Source: Planctomycetota bacterium (GTDB lineage Bacteria; Planctomycetota; UBA1135; UBA2386). Taken from it: DNA of 64,000 bases. The position numbers and the translations under genes were made by a program. Under the pieces are notes generated by a model. It saw only the letters and a program-made list of their open reading frames with translations. It ran no database searches and had not been told where the DNA came from. Numbering within the stretch: position 1 is the first letter of the stretch; every line of letters starts with the position of its first letter. Shown piece by piece: positions 1 through 8,915 of this stretch. The stretch is taken from contig JBKAGP010000001.1 in the NCBI GenBank assembly GCA_046290465.1, positions 5,280,001 through 5,344,000 on the forward strand, read 5' to 3'.

Positions 1-905
1 ATCGTGCCGAGCCCGCGGAAGCCGCTGTGCGTCAGCAGCATCGCGAATGCCAGCAGCGCAGCGGACGGGTTGCAGACGCCCTTGCCGGCGATGTCGGGCG
101 CGGTGCCGCCGGCCGGGTCGAACATCGCCAGCGAGACCTCGCCGGCGTCGTCGAACGCGTAGTTGGCGCTGGCGCCGAGGCCGATGCTGCCGACCATGCC
201 GCACGCCATGTCCGAGAGGAAGTCGCCGTATTCGTTGGGCGTGACCACGACGCGGTAGCCCTCGGGGTTCTTCAGCAGCTTGTAGAGCAGCGCGTCGAAC
301 AGCTCGCTCTGGTGGCCGACGCCTTCGAAGTCGGTGGCGACCCCGCGCACGATCTCCTCGAAGAAGCCGTCGGTGGCGCGCTGGATCGTGTACTTGCTCG
401 AGCTGACCAGGTCGCAGCCGAGCCGCTGCGCCAGACGGAACGCGTAGCGCGCCGCCTCGCGGGCCGGCCGGCGTTCGATCACGCGGATCGAAACCGCCAC
501 CTCGTCGCCGATGCGACGGCCGGCGTCCTCGTAGGTGCCGCCGACCGCGATGCGGATGATGTGCAGGTCGACCTTGCCGTCGTGCCGCGTCTCGACGCCG
601 GGCAGGCTCGCGACGGGGCGATGGATCACCGAGAAGTTGCAGCGCTCGCGCAGCACCTTGTTGGGGCTCTCGGTCTCGGTGACGGTCGGATACTTGATCG
701 ACACCCCGTGCCGCTTCATCGCGGCCAACGCCTGGTCGTAGCACGCGTCGGCGTCCTTGCGGCGCGACGCGAGCGTCAGGTCGGCCGGGTGGAAGTGCAC
801 GTTGAGGGGCAGGGTCTCGGCGACCTGGTGCACGCTCTGCGACAGTTCGGCGGAGATGCCGTCGCCGAGCAGTTCGGCGACGTGGAGGGATTCGCGGTCG
901 GGCAT
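1..905 (-). CDS. Isocitrate/isopropylmalate (beta-decarboxylating) dehydrogenase family protein; 3' end runs off the window
   Basis: Manual translation from ATG 905: MPDRESLHVAELLGDGISAEL...PNEYGDFLSD...GSIGLGASAN...FDPAGGTAPDIAGKGVCNP. Missing from the ORF track because there is no stop codon in the window. Confidence 0.85.
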   Translation of the reverse strand, partial: MPDRESLHVAELLGDGISAELSQSVHQVAETLPLNVHFHPADLTLASRRKDADACYDQALAAMKRHGVSIKYPTVTETESPNKVLRERCNFSVIHRPVASLPGVETRHDGKVDLHIIRIAVGGTYEDAGRRIGDEVAVSIRVIERRPAREAARYAFRLAQRLGCDLVSSSKYTIQRATDGFFEEIVRGVATDFEGVGHQSELFDALLYKLLKNPEGYRVVVTPNEYGDFLSDMACGMVGSIGLGASANYAFDDAGEVSLAMFDPAGGTAPDIAGKGVCNPSAALLAFAMLLTHSGFRGLGT

Positions 906-973
906 GTGGTTCGGAAGTGCGGTGCCCGGATGCTATGCGTTCGGCACGGGTGATTCCCGTGCCGGTTGCGGCG

Positions 974-2374
974 TCACCCGTCGGCGTCGCCTGCCTTGCG
1001 GGGAAGCACGACGACGAACCGGGCGCCGCCCTGCGGCGAGTCGAGCACCTGGATGCTGCCCCCGTGGTCGTCGACGGCCATACGGGTGATGGCGAGCCCG
1101 AGCCCGAAGCCGAAGCCGGCGCGGCTGCCGATGGGCGACGTGCTGGTTTCGAACGGTACGAAGATTCGTTCGCGTTCAGCTACTGGCACACCCGGCCCTT
1201 CGTCGTGCACCTCGATACGCAGGTCTCGTTCGTCGCCGGCCAGCACCACGCGCACCAGGCCACCGTCGGGCGACCACCGGATCGCGTTGTTGACCAGGTT
1301 GCGGATCACGCGGGCCAGGGCCTCCCGGTCGCCGATCATGTCGGTCGAGCCGTCGGTCTCGAACTGCAGCCGCACGCCTCGCGTTGACGCCAGCTGGCGC
1401 TCGGCCTGCAGCCGCAGCTGGCACTCCTCGGTCATCGAGAAGCGTTCGCGGTGGGAGCGGCGCTCGGGCTCGTGGGCCGCGCAGACGTGCAGCAGGTTGT
1501 CGACGGCCCGCGCGAACTCGTGGTGTTCCTGCAGCTGGCGTTCGAGCAGCGCGCGGTAGGTGTCGCGGTCGCGCTCGCGTAGCAGCGCCACTTCGGCCTC
1601 GCCGATCAGGTTCTGCAGCGGCGATCGCAGCTCGTGGGCCAGGCCCGCGGTGAACACCTTGGTCTGGTCGGCTCGTCGCCGCACGTCCTCGAGCATGTTC
1701 CACAGGCGTTCGCGCATCGGCACCAGCTCGTCGGGTAGCCGCGCCGGTCCGGGGGCCTCGCCGCCGGCGCCGAGGTCCTGGGTGACGTGTGCCAACATGG
1801 TGCGCAACCGGCGCGAGAGCACGTTCGCCGCGACCACGCCGAGCAGCAGGGCGAGTGCGCTGGTCGCGAGTCCGATGGTCCAGTAGCGGTCGATCCGGAG
1901 GCGCCGTTCGGCGCCGTCGAGCAGCAGCGTCAGGCCGAGGTCGTCGCGCAGCCGCAGGTCGGCGACGAACAGGCCGTCCTCGGGGCGGCGCACGGCCGGG
2001 TCCTCGACGAATTGCGCCGTCGGGGTGGTCGACGCGGTCGGCAGTCGCGCGACCAGGTCGCGGTCGCCGTGTTCGGCGATCGCGTTGCCGTCGACGAGGT
2101 CGACGAGGCGGAACGCCATCCGGACCTGTGGGTGAGAACGGGACAGGTGCGGCGCGACCACCGCGAGGTCCCGTGCCGGCACCTCGCTGCTCGCGAGCGA
2201 GACGTGCGCCTCCTCGAGTTCCTCACGCACCAGCGTGGCCAGCTCTGCGTCGACGGACTGGCTGAGCCAGGTGACCCCGACGATGGTGGCGACGGCGGCC
2301 GGCAGGGTCGACAGGCAGGCCGACACCAGCGCGACCCGGCGGCGTAGCGACCAGGAGCGGTGCGGCGCGTTCAC
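974..2374 (-). CDS. Membrane sensor histidine kinase, CusS/CzcS-like
   Basis: Two TM segments; H-box LAHELRSPLQNLIGEAEVAL; N-box NLVNNAIRWS; G1 DEGPGV; G2 GLGLAI. Confidence 0.9.
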   Translation of the reverse strand: MNAPHRSWSLRRRVALVSACLSTLPAAVATIVGVTWLSQSVDAELATLVREELEEAHVSLASSEVPARDLAVVAPHLSRSHPQVRMAFRLVDLVDGNAIAEHGDRDLVARLPTASTTPTAQFVEDPAVRRPEDGLFVADLRLRDDLGLTLLLDGAERRLRIDRYWTIGLATSALALLLGVVAANVLSRRLRTMLAHVTQDLGAGGEAPGPARLPDELVPMRERLWNMLEDVRRRADQTKVFTAGLAHELRSPLQNLIGEAEVALLRERDRDTYRALLERQLQEHHEFARAVDNLLHVCAAHEPERRSHRERFSMTEECQLRLQAERQLASTRGVRLQFETDGSTDMIGDREALARVIRNLVNNAIRWSPDGGLVRVVLAGDERDLRIEVHDEGPGVPVAERERIFVPFETSTSPIGSRAGFGFGLGLAITRMAVDDHGGSIQVLDSPQGGARFVVVLPRKAGDADG

Positions 2375-3054
2375 CTCGGTTCCTCGAGTCGGTAGCCCTC
2401 ACCGCGCACGGTGACCAGCTCCGGCCCTCCGGCCGCCTTCAGCTTGCGGCGCACGCGGCCGACGATCACGTCGACGACATTGGTGCCTGGGTCGTGCTGC
2501 ATGTCCCAGACGTCGGCGAGCAGTTCGGTGCGGCTGAGCACTCGGCCGCGGGCGCGGACGAACGTCGACAGAAGGTCGAACTCGCGCGGACTGAGTTCCA
2601 GCTCGCGGCCACAGCACATGGCCCGGCGCCGTGCCGGCTCGATCGACAGTTCGCCGTAGCCGAACGCGATCCGGCCGTGGCGCCGACGCAGCACCGCCTG
2701 GATGCGCGCCAACAGTTCGGCGAACGCGAACGGCTTCACGACGTAGTCGTCGGCGCCGAGTCGCAGGCCTTCGATGCGGTCGTCGGTCGCGTCGCGGGCG
2801 GTGACCAGGATGACCGCGACGTCGTCGCCGGCTGCGCGCATCTCGGTCAGCAGGTTGCGTCCGTCGGTCGTGCCGAGCATGACGTCGAGCAGCACGATGT
2901 CGAAGCGCTGGTCGCGCAGCAGCGCACGGGCCGCGTCGGTGTCACGGGCGCCTTCGGCGACGAGGTCGGATTCGACCAGCCCCTGCACGACCAATGCGAC
3001 GAGCTTCGGATCGTCGTCGACGACCAGAACACGCGCTCCCTGGGCCAACGGCAT
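2371..3054 (-). CDS. OmpR-family response regulator (CusR/CopR-like)
   Basis: REC domain (VLVVDDD, LLDVML, GADDYVVKPF) plus winged helix (TNVVDV..RRKL, TVRGEGY); 4-bp overlap with the kinase; start 3054 or 3066. Confidence 0.9.
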   Translation of the reverse strand: MPLAQGARVLVVDDDPKLVALVVQGLVESDLVAEGARDTDAARALLRDQRFDIVLLDVMLGTTDGRNLLTEMRAAGDDVAVILVTARDATDDRIEGLRLGADDYVVKPFAFAELLARIQAVLRRRHGRIAFGYGELSIEPARRRAMCCGRELELSPREFDLLSTFVRARGRVLSRTELLADVWDMQHDPGTNVVDVIVGRVRRKLKAAGGPELVTVRGEGYRLEEPR

Positions 3055-3106
3055 GGCGGCGATCATGGGAGCGGCGCGCCGCCTTTGGAAGGCGATCCGA
3101 GCCAAC

Positions 3107-3122
3107 ATGAACGGACTGTCAC
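3107..3122. promoter_or_regulatory. Possible CusR/CopR-box-like site between the divergent regulator and the DUF4266 operon
   Basis: ATGAAC-GGAC-TGTCAC resembles the ATGACA-N4-TGTCAT core in spacing. Confidence 0.35.
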
Positions 3123-3156
3123 GTTGCCGTCGGTCGAGGCCGACGATAGTTGGGGC

Positions 3157-3393
3157 ATGGATCAACCCCGGTATCGACGGGCGGCCAGCTTCGTGCTCGG
3201 CACGCTCGTGCTCGGCCTGGCCTCGTGCCAGAAGGTCGAGTTCTACCAGAAGCGCCACCTGTCGAGTGCGTTGATGCAGTTCGACGAGGACCCGACGCTG
3301 GCCAACTTCCAGCAGAAGGTGCTCTACTCGCGCGAGGCGACGACCGGCGGCATCGGCGCCAAGGCCGGCGGAGGCTGCGGATGCACCAACTGA
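3157..3393 (+). CDS. DUF4266-family small lipoprotein
   Basis: Lipobox LASC; C-terminal YSREATTGG..GGGCGCTN typical of DUF4266. Confidence 0.85.
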   Translation: MDQPRYRRAASFVLGTLVLGLASCQKVEFYQKRHLSSALMQFDEDPTLANFQQKVLYSREATTGGIGAKAGGGCGCTN

Positions 3394-4652
3394 GCTGGCG
3401 CTCCGCGCTCGCCGTGTCCCTCGCGTTTGTGGCGCTGGCCGCGACGCTGCCCGCGCAGTCGAGTGGCCGCAACGTCGCGGGCCAGACCACGCGCGGCCAG
3501 CAGCCGGTCCCGGGGGCCGATCAGAGCGCGCCCGGCAGCAGCAACGCGCCGGTCGAGAGCTTCGGTGAGGTCGGCGCGGGCCACCTCGGCTTCCGGCTCG
3601 GCTATTACGACAACTCGGACAGCGGCGACGGCAACCCGTTCCTCGACGAGTCGTTGACGGTGATCGAGCCGGTGCTGTTCTTCGACTACAACGTGTCCCG
3701 CAAGACCAACGTCTGGGGCAAGTTCAGCTACGACAACGTGTCGAGCGCGTCGATCGACCGGCTCAGCAACTTCCCCGATCAGAGCGGGGCGTCGGGCGAC
3801 TACTACTTCGGCCTCGAAGGCGGCGCGACGTGGGCGCTCGATGCCGACACGCGCGTCGGGGCGTTCCTGCACGGCAGCGTCGAGTACGACTACCGTTCGT
3901 TCGGGGTCGGCGGCAGCTACGCCCGCGACTACGACGACGACAGCACGACCATCAAGTGGACCGGCAGCCTGTTCCTGGACAGTCTCGATCTGATCCGGTT
4001 CAACGGCATGGAGACCGGTAGCGACAACCGCACGTCGCTGAACCTCGGCGGCAGCTGGTACCAGGTGATCGATCCGCGCATGCACGCGGAGACCGGCTTC
4101 AACCTGACCTACCAGAACGGCTTCCTCGGCACGCCGTACAACGCGGTGGTCGCCGAGGACCCGTCGCTGGCGCCCAACCCCAACCTCGTCGGCAGCGCGC
4201 GCGGCCTCGAGTTCGCCGAGGACCTGCCCGACAGCCGCGTGCGCGTCACCGTGCACGGCCGCGTTCGACGGCTGGTCAGCGACAATGTCGCACTCGAACT
4301 CGGCGGTCGTCTCTACGGCGACGACTGGGGGGTGACCAGCGTGACCCTGGAGCCCGCGGCGTACTTCTGGCTGGTGCCCGAGGTCCTGCGCACGCGCGTC
4401 GGCTACCGCTACTACATGCAAACCGCCGCGGACGACTACCGCGAGCGTTTTGCGGGCACGATGGAGTCCGACCTGCCGCGCTTCCGGACCCAGGACGCCG
4501 ACCTCGGCGAGTTCACGTCGCACGGCTTGGGCCTTCGTTTCGACTGGTTCACCTCGTCCTCGACGCGTTGGGACCTGACCTTCGACTACCAGTCCCGCGA
4601 CGACGGGCTGGACTACCTGTACGGGAGCATCGGATGGACCACCACCTTCTGA
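3381..4652 (+). CDS. DUF3570-family outer-membrane beta-barrel protein, candidate flavinylation substrate
   Basis: Signal peptide; DNVSSAS and DQSGAS motifs; E(Y)DYxS, LxTPY and DDWGV motifs; terminal Phe; sits between DUF4266 and TlpA/ApbE. Confidence 0.8.
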   Translation: MHQLSWRSALAVSLAFVALAATLPAQSSGRNVAGQTTRGQQPVPGADQSAPGSSNAPVESFGEVGAGHLGFRLGYYDNSDSGDGNPFLDESLTVIEPVLFFDYNVSRKTNVWGKFSYDNVSSASIDRLSNFPDQSGASGDYYFGLEGGATWALDADTRVGAFLHGSVEYDYRSFGVGGSYARDYDDDSTTIKWTGSLFLDSLDLIRFNGMETGSDNRTSLNLGGSWYQVIDPRMHAETGFNLTYQNGFLGTPYNAVVAEDPSLAPNPNLVGSARGLEFAEDLPDSRVRVTVHGRVRRLVSDNVALELGGRLYGDDWGVTSVTLEPAAYFWLVPEVLRTRVGYRYYMQTAADDYRERFAGTMESDLPRFRTQDADLGEFTSHGLGLRFDWFTSSSTRWDLTFDYQSRDDGLDYLYGSIGWTTTF

Positions 4653-5119
4653 ACGGTCGGCGTTGGCTGCTGGCGATGGCGCTGACGAGCCTGATCGCGG
4701 CCTGCGCCGGGCCCGGCTCGGCGACCGCGCCGGACGTCGACCACCGCGGCGCCACGTTCGTCGACGTCGATGGGGTCACGCACCGGCTCGAGCAGCCGAC
4801 CGTGTTCGTGTTCTGGCAGCCGTGGTGCAAGGCCTGCCGCGAGGAGGCGCCCGAAGCGGTTGCTGCGTCGGTGGAGCTCGGTGGCGAGATGGCGTTCGTC
4901 GGGGTCGTCTCGGGACCCGACGAGGCGGTCGACGGCGCGCTGTTCGACCAGAGCGTCGACGAACTCGGTCTGACCTACCCGCAGGTCCGCGATCGCGACC
5001 TGGCATTGACGCGTCGCTTCGATGTGCGTTCGACGCCGATGGTCGTGATGGTCGGGGGCGACGGGCGGGTGCGCTACCGCGGCAGCAACCTGCCGCGCGA
5101 CTGGTCGCAGCTGCGGTGA
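4634..5119 (+). CDS. TlpA-family thioredoxin-like lipoprotein
   Basis: Lipobox IAAC; FWQPWCKACREE active site; cis-Pro loop STP. Confidence 0.85.
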   Translation: MDHHLLNGRRWLLAMALTSLIAACAGPGSATAPDVDHRGATFVDVDGVTHRLEQPTVFVFWQPWCKACREEAPEAVAASVELGGEMAFVGVVSGPDEAVDGALFDQSVDELGLTYPQVRDRDLALTRRFDVRSTPMVVMVGGDGRVRYRGSNLPRDWSQLR

Positions 5120-5178
5120 GGCCCGATGGTTCGGCGCGCTGGCGCGAGCGTCGAGCGACGCTCGGCGTGTCCAGTCCG

Positions 5179-6198
5179 ATGCGCACGGCTAGCATGATCG
5201 ACATGCGAACCGTGCTCGTCGCGTTGTCGGCCGCCATGATCGGCCTCGGGGCCGCTGCTCAGGAGCCCGTCGAGCGCGTCCGTACGGGCGGCGTCATGGG
5301 CACCGACTTCCGGCTGACGGCGATCGGCAACGACGCCCCGCGGTTGGACGCGGCGCTCGAAGCCGCGATCGTCGAACTGCGGCGAGTCGAAGACCTGATG
5401 ACCGACTGGCGCCCGTCCCCGCTGACCACGCTCAACCTTGCCGCCGGCAAGGAGCCGGTGAAGCTGCCGGTCGAGCTCGCTGCGATCATCGGCCGCGGCA
5501 AGGCGCTCGGTGGGCTGACCGGCGGGGCGTTCGACATCACGTTCGCCGGCGTCGGCAAGCTGTGGGACTTCAAACGACAGCCGCCGATCGTGCCGACCGG
5601 GGCCGAGGTCGAACAGGCGCTGCAGCGGGTCGACTACCGCCGCATCCGGATCGACGAGCACCAGTCGACGGTGGCGATCCCACGCGGTTTTCGCATCGGC
5701 CTCGGCGGCATCGCCAAGGGCTACGGCATCGACCGGGCCATGGCCGTGCTGCGCAAGCACGGTGTCGCCAGCGGCGTCGTCAGCGTCGGAGGGGACATGA
5801 AGGTGCTCGGGCGTAAGCACGGCAAGGCCTGGGAAGTTGGCATCGCCCACCCGCGGGACAAGGAACGGGCGCTCGCCGCGCTGAAGGTCAGCAACACGTG
5901 CGTGGTGACGTCGGGCGACTACGAGCGGTTCTTCGAGGTCGACGGCAAGCGCTACCACCACATCCTCGACCCGCGCACCGGCTATCCGAGCACCGGCTGC
6001 ATCACGGCGACGGTGGTCGCCGTCAACGCCGAGTATGCGGATGCGCTGGCGACCGCCCTTTGCGTGCTCGGGCCCGAGCGCGGCCTCGCGCTGGTCGAGA
6101 AGCTGCCGCGCGTCGAGGCGATCGTCGTCGGGCTCGACGGCGAGGTGGCGGCGTCGACCGGCCTGCGCTCGTCGCTGCTGCCGAAGTCGAAGCGCTGA
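5179..6198 (+). CDS. apbE: FAD:protein FMN transferase ApbE
   Basis: MGT, GAFDIT, GGIAKGY, GGD, TSGDYERFF, RYHHILDPRTG, ADALAT motifs; start uncertain (5179/5194/5203). Confidence 0.95.
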   Translation: MRTASMIDMRTVLVALSAAMIGLGAAAQEPVERVRTGGVMGTDFRLTAIGNDAPRLDAALEAAIVELRRVEDLMTDWRPSPLTTLNLAAGKEPVKLPVELAAIIGRGKALGGLTGGAFDITFAGVGKLWDFKRQPPIVPTGAEVEQALQRVDYRRIRIDEHQSTVAIPRGFRIGLGGIAKGYGIDRAMAVLRKHGVASGVVSVGGDMKVLGRKHGKAWEVGIAHPRDKERALAALKVSNTCVVTSGDYERFFEVDGKRYHHILDPRTGYPSTGCITATVVAVNAEYADALATALCVLGPERGLALVEKLPRVEAIVVGLDGEVAASTGLRSSLLPKSKR

Positions 6199-6204
6199 AC
6201 GGCG

Positions 6205-7437
6205 TCAGCGCTGCTTCGACGCGTTGTCGATGTCGTCGGCGGTGCCGGGCTTGCCGTCAGGGCCGTTGCTTCGCACCCGGAACGCCCGCGGCGTGTCGCC
6301 CTCGACCAGCACGTAGTGGTTGCCCCAAGGATCGGTGGGCAGTTCTTCGAGTTCGCTGCGGCCCTTCTCGTCCCTGGTGGCCAGGTCCTCGAGCTTGTCG
6401 GGCAGGCGACCGTTCTTGGCGTAGAACGTGCGGACGGCGCCGGCGATCACGCGCACTTCGCTCCCGGCCTTGGCGATGCGCGCCTCCTCGACCGCCTGCA
6501 GCACCCCGCCGCCGCGCAGCCGGGCGAGCTCGCGGATGTCGGCCGGGGTGGCGCGACGCAGCGTGCTCGAGACCCGCATGCTGGCCTTGGTTCCCGGCGA
6601 GCCGGGCACGGTCAGGTCCGCGGCGGCGCTGGTCTTCGCCGAGACCACGACGCAGCTGCGGCGGTCGAGCGTCTGCTCGCCGCGGATGGTGCCGTCGACG
6701 ACCGCGGAAGTGGCCGGGTCGAACGAACCGCGGTCGTTCTTCTTCAGCGTGCCGCTCCAGACCAGTCGGTAGGCGTCGTCGTCGACCGCGGCCAGCCGGA
6801 CCTCGCTCTCGCGCAGCGTCGGCATCGCCGGGTCGTCGGTGCGGATGACGTGTGGCCAGGTGGCGCCGACGGCGACCTGCTTGCCGGGCAGCCGACCGAA
6901 CGCCGCCTCGACCAGGGCCTCCAGCTTCTCGACGTCGCGCGCGGTTTCGGGGTCGTCGGGCTTCGGCGCGCCCGGGCCGGCCACGAACGCACCCTTCGCC
7001 CGCCCACTGCGGTCGACGGTCGCGCGCAGTTCGAGCCCGGCCGTCTCGAGCATGCGCACGACGCTGGTGCTGATGCCGGCCATCTGGCGGTTGTCGTTCT
7101 TGAGCTTCTCGTCGGCCGAGTCGAAGCGCTTCTCGCGGCCCATCGGCATCGTGACGGACCCGTGCACGCGCAGCACCGCCAGTCGCACCACCAGGCCGCC
7201 GTCGTCGGTCTGGTCCTCGACGCGGATGCCGAACAGCCGTTGGTAGCGGAGGCGGTTGTCGATGGTGGCGTCCTGGTCCTTCAGCCGGACCCGGAGCAGC
7301 TGCTCGGTCGCCTCGACCAGCACGATCCGCTCGCCGGTGCGGGCCTGCACCGACAGGTCGAACGTCTCGGCGTCCTGTTGCGCCGCGAGCGACGCGCAGG
7401 GTGCGATGGCCAGCAGCCAGCGTGGGAGGTTCTGCAT
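6205..7437 (-). CDS. Secreted protein with a C-terminal type II secretion GspG (T2SSG) pseudopilin-like domain
   Basis: Sec-type signal peptide; C-terminal FYAKNGRLP..LPTDPWGNHY..SNGPDGKPGTADDI; no prepilin GFTLIE motif. Confidence 0.7.
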   Translation of the reverse strand: MQNLPRWLLAIAPCASLAAQQDAETFDLSVQARTGERIVLVEATEQLLRVRLKDQDATIDNRLRYQRLFGIRVEDQTDDGGLVVRLAVLRVHGSVTMPMGREKRFDSADEKLKNDNRQMAGISTSVVRMLETAGLELRATVDRSGRAKGAFVAGPGAPKPDDPETARDVEKLEALVEAAFGRLPGKQVAVGATWPHVIRTDDPAMPTLRESEVRLAAVDDDAYRLVWSGTLKKNDRGSFDPATSAVVDGTIRGEQTLDRRSCVVVSAKTSAAADLTVPGSPGTKASMRVSSTLRRATPADIRELARLRGGGVLQAVEEARIAKAGSEVRVIAGAVRTFYAKNGRLPDKLEDLATRDEKGRSELEELPTDPWGNHYVLVEGDTPRAFRVRSNGPDGKPGTADDIDNASKQR

Positions 7438-7479
7438 ACGCGGATTGTCGCGCAGGAGCCGGCCGAATGGGCGGCCCGA

Positions 7480-8505
7480 TCAGAACATCATCATTTCGCC
7501 GGCGTCGAGTTCGCGTTCGTCCTCGCCGCCCATCTTCTCGGACAGGTAGACGTCCGGCTTCGCCTCGTCCTGGGACGGGCCCATCGGCGGGGCGGGCACG
7601 TCGTCGACCGACGGCGTCTGCGGCGCCTCCTCCAGGTGCACGCCCGAGCGGTCGAGCAGCTGCAGCACGCGGCGCAGCCGCTGCGACACGAGGTCCTGCG
7701 TCTGCAGGTTCTCGATCGCCCGGCGCGAATTGCCGAGGATCGTGTCGAGCTTGTCGTCGCCGCCGTCGAGCGCCGCGTGCGCGGTCTCGCGCAGGCGCTC
7801 GGCGATGTCGCCGACCTCGGCCGCCTGCACCTCGAACTCCCCGGAGAACGACGCGGCGCGTTCGTCGACCCTCGTGCTGCTGGCGCCGACTTCCTCGAGG
7901 GTCGGCAGCAGCGCGTTGATCGACGACGAGATCTCCTCGTTGGACTTGCCGATCTGTTCGCTGAGCGTGCGCATCTGGTCGGCGATCACGATCATCGGTT
8001 GGCCCGCGTCGCCGAGGCGGCCGGCCTCGATCATCGTGTTGAGGCACAGCACGCGCGACGCGGTCGAGATCTTCGAGACCGAGTCGGCCGCTGCGGCGAC
8101 CTTGTGCGAGGTCGCCAGCATGCGTTCGGCGGCACAGCGCTGCACGTGCACGCACTCGCGCAGCTCGGCCAGGAAGTCGGTGACCAGCGTGCACTGGCGT
8201 TCGAGCTTGGCGCTGACGCCGTCCTCGCCGCCGGCCTCGAGGTCGCCGAGGCGGCCCTTGATGTCGCCGATGAACGCCTGGGCCGCGTGGACCACCTGGT
8301 CGAGGCTGCTGCTGACCGACAGCGTCGCCTGCTCGGTCTCGCCGAGCACGGCGCCGACCTCGCGATGGGCCTCGGTGCGGGTGCGTTCGTGCTCGGCGCG
8401 CAGCGCCTCCAACAGCGCGGCCTCGGACGGTCGATCGTCCGCAGGCGCGTTGTTGCTCGTCCACGGCCACAGGCCGCGGACCCTCTGGAGCCATCGCTTC
8501 AGCAC
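7480..8505 (-). CDS. Soluble, divergent methyl-accepting chemotaxis-like protein
   Basis: Tip-like LCLNTMIEAGRLGDAGQPMIVIADQMRTLS; coiled coils; LQTQDLVSQRL; no TM helix. Confidence 0.7.
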   Translation of the reverse strand: MLKRWLQRVRGLWPWTSNNAPADDRPSEAALLEALRAEHERTRTEAHREVGAVLGETEQATLSVSSSLDQVVHAAQAFIGDIKGRLGDLEAGGEDGVSAKLERQCTLVTDFLAELRECVHVQRCAAERMLATSHKVAAAADSVSKISTASRVLCLNTMIEAGRLGDAGQPMIVIADQMRTLSEQIGKSNEEISSSINALLPTLEEVGASSTRVDERAASFSGEFEVQAAEVGDIAERLRETAHAALDGGDDKLDTILGNSRRAIENLQTQDLVSQRLRRVLQLLDRSGVHLEEAPQTPSVDDVPAPPMGPSQDEAKPDVYLSEKMGGEDERELDAGEMMMF

Positions 8506-8511
8506 GTAGAC

Positions 8512-8880
8512 CTACTTGGCCATCTTCTGGACCGCGGCGAGCAGCATCTCCGGCTTGAACGGCTTGACGATCCAGCCCTTCGCACCGGCGGCCTTCGCGC
8601 GCTTGATCAGGTCGGCGTGGCCTTCCGTCGTCAGCATCACGATGCTGAGGCCCTGCTGCACGCGGCCCTCCTTGCTCAGCGCCTCGGCGAGCTCGATGCC
8701 GTTCATGCGCGGCATGTTGACGTCGAGGATCATGATGTCGATGGCGGCGTCGGCCTGGACCTTGTTGAGGCCGTCCTGACCGTCGACGGCTTCGACGATG
8801 TCGATGCCGGCGGGCGAGAGCGCCTGCTTGACCTGCTGGCGCATGGTGGCGGAGTCGTCGACGACGATGATCTTGCTCAT
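8512..8880 (-). CDS. cheY: Single-domain CheY-like response regulator
   Basis: IIVVDDS, ILDVNMP, MLTTE, GWIVKPF; 122 aa. Confidence 0.85.
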   Translation of the reverse strand: MSKIIVVDDSATMRQQVKQALSPAGIDIVEAVDGQDGLNKVQADAAIDIMILDVNMPRMNGIELAEALSKEGRVQQGLSIVMLTTEGHADLIKRAKAAGAKGWIVKPFKPEMLLAAVQKMAK

Positions 8881-8915
8881 AGCTGTGGTTCCTGGGTGTC
8901 GGGTGATCGGTCGGT

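Noticed and set aside
27..953. 308-aa plus-strand ORF in the track
   Set aside because: Antisense shadow of the minus-strand dehydrogenase, which has recognisable motifs.
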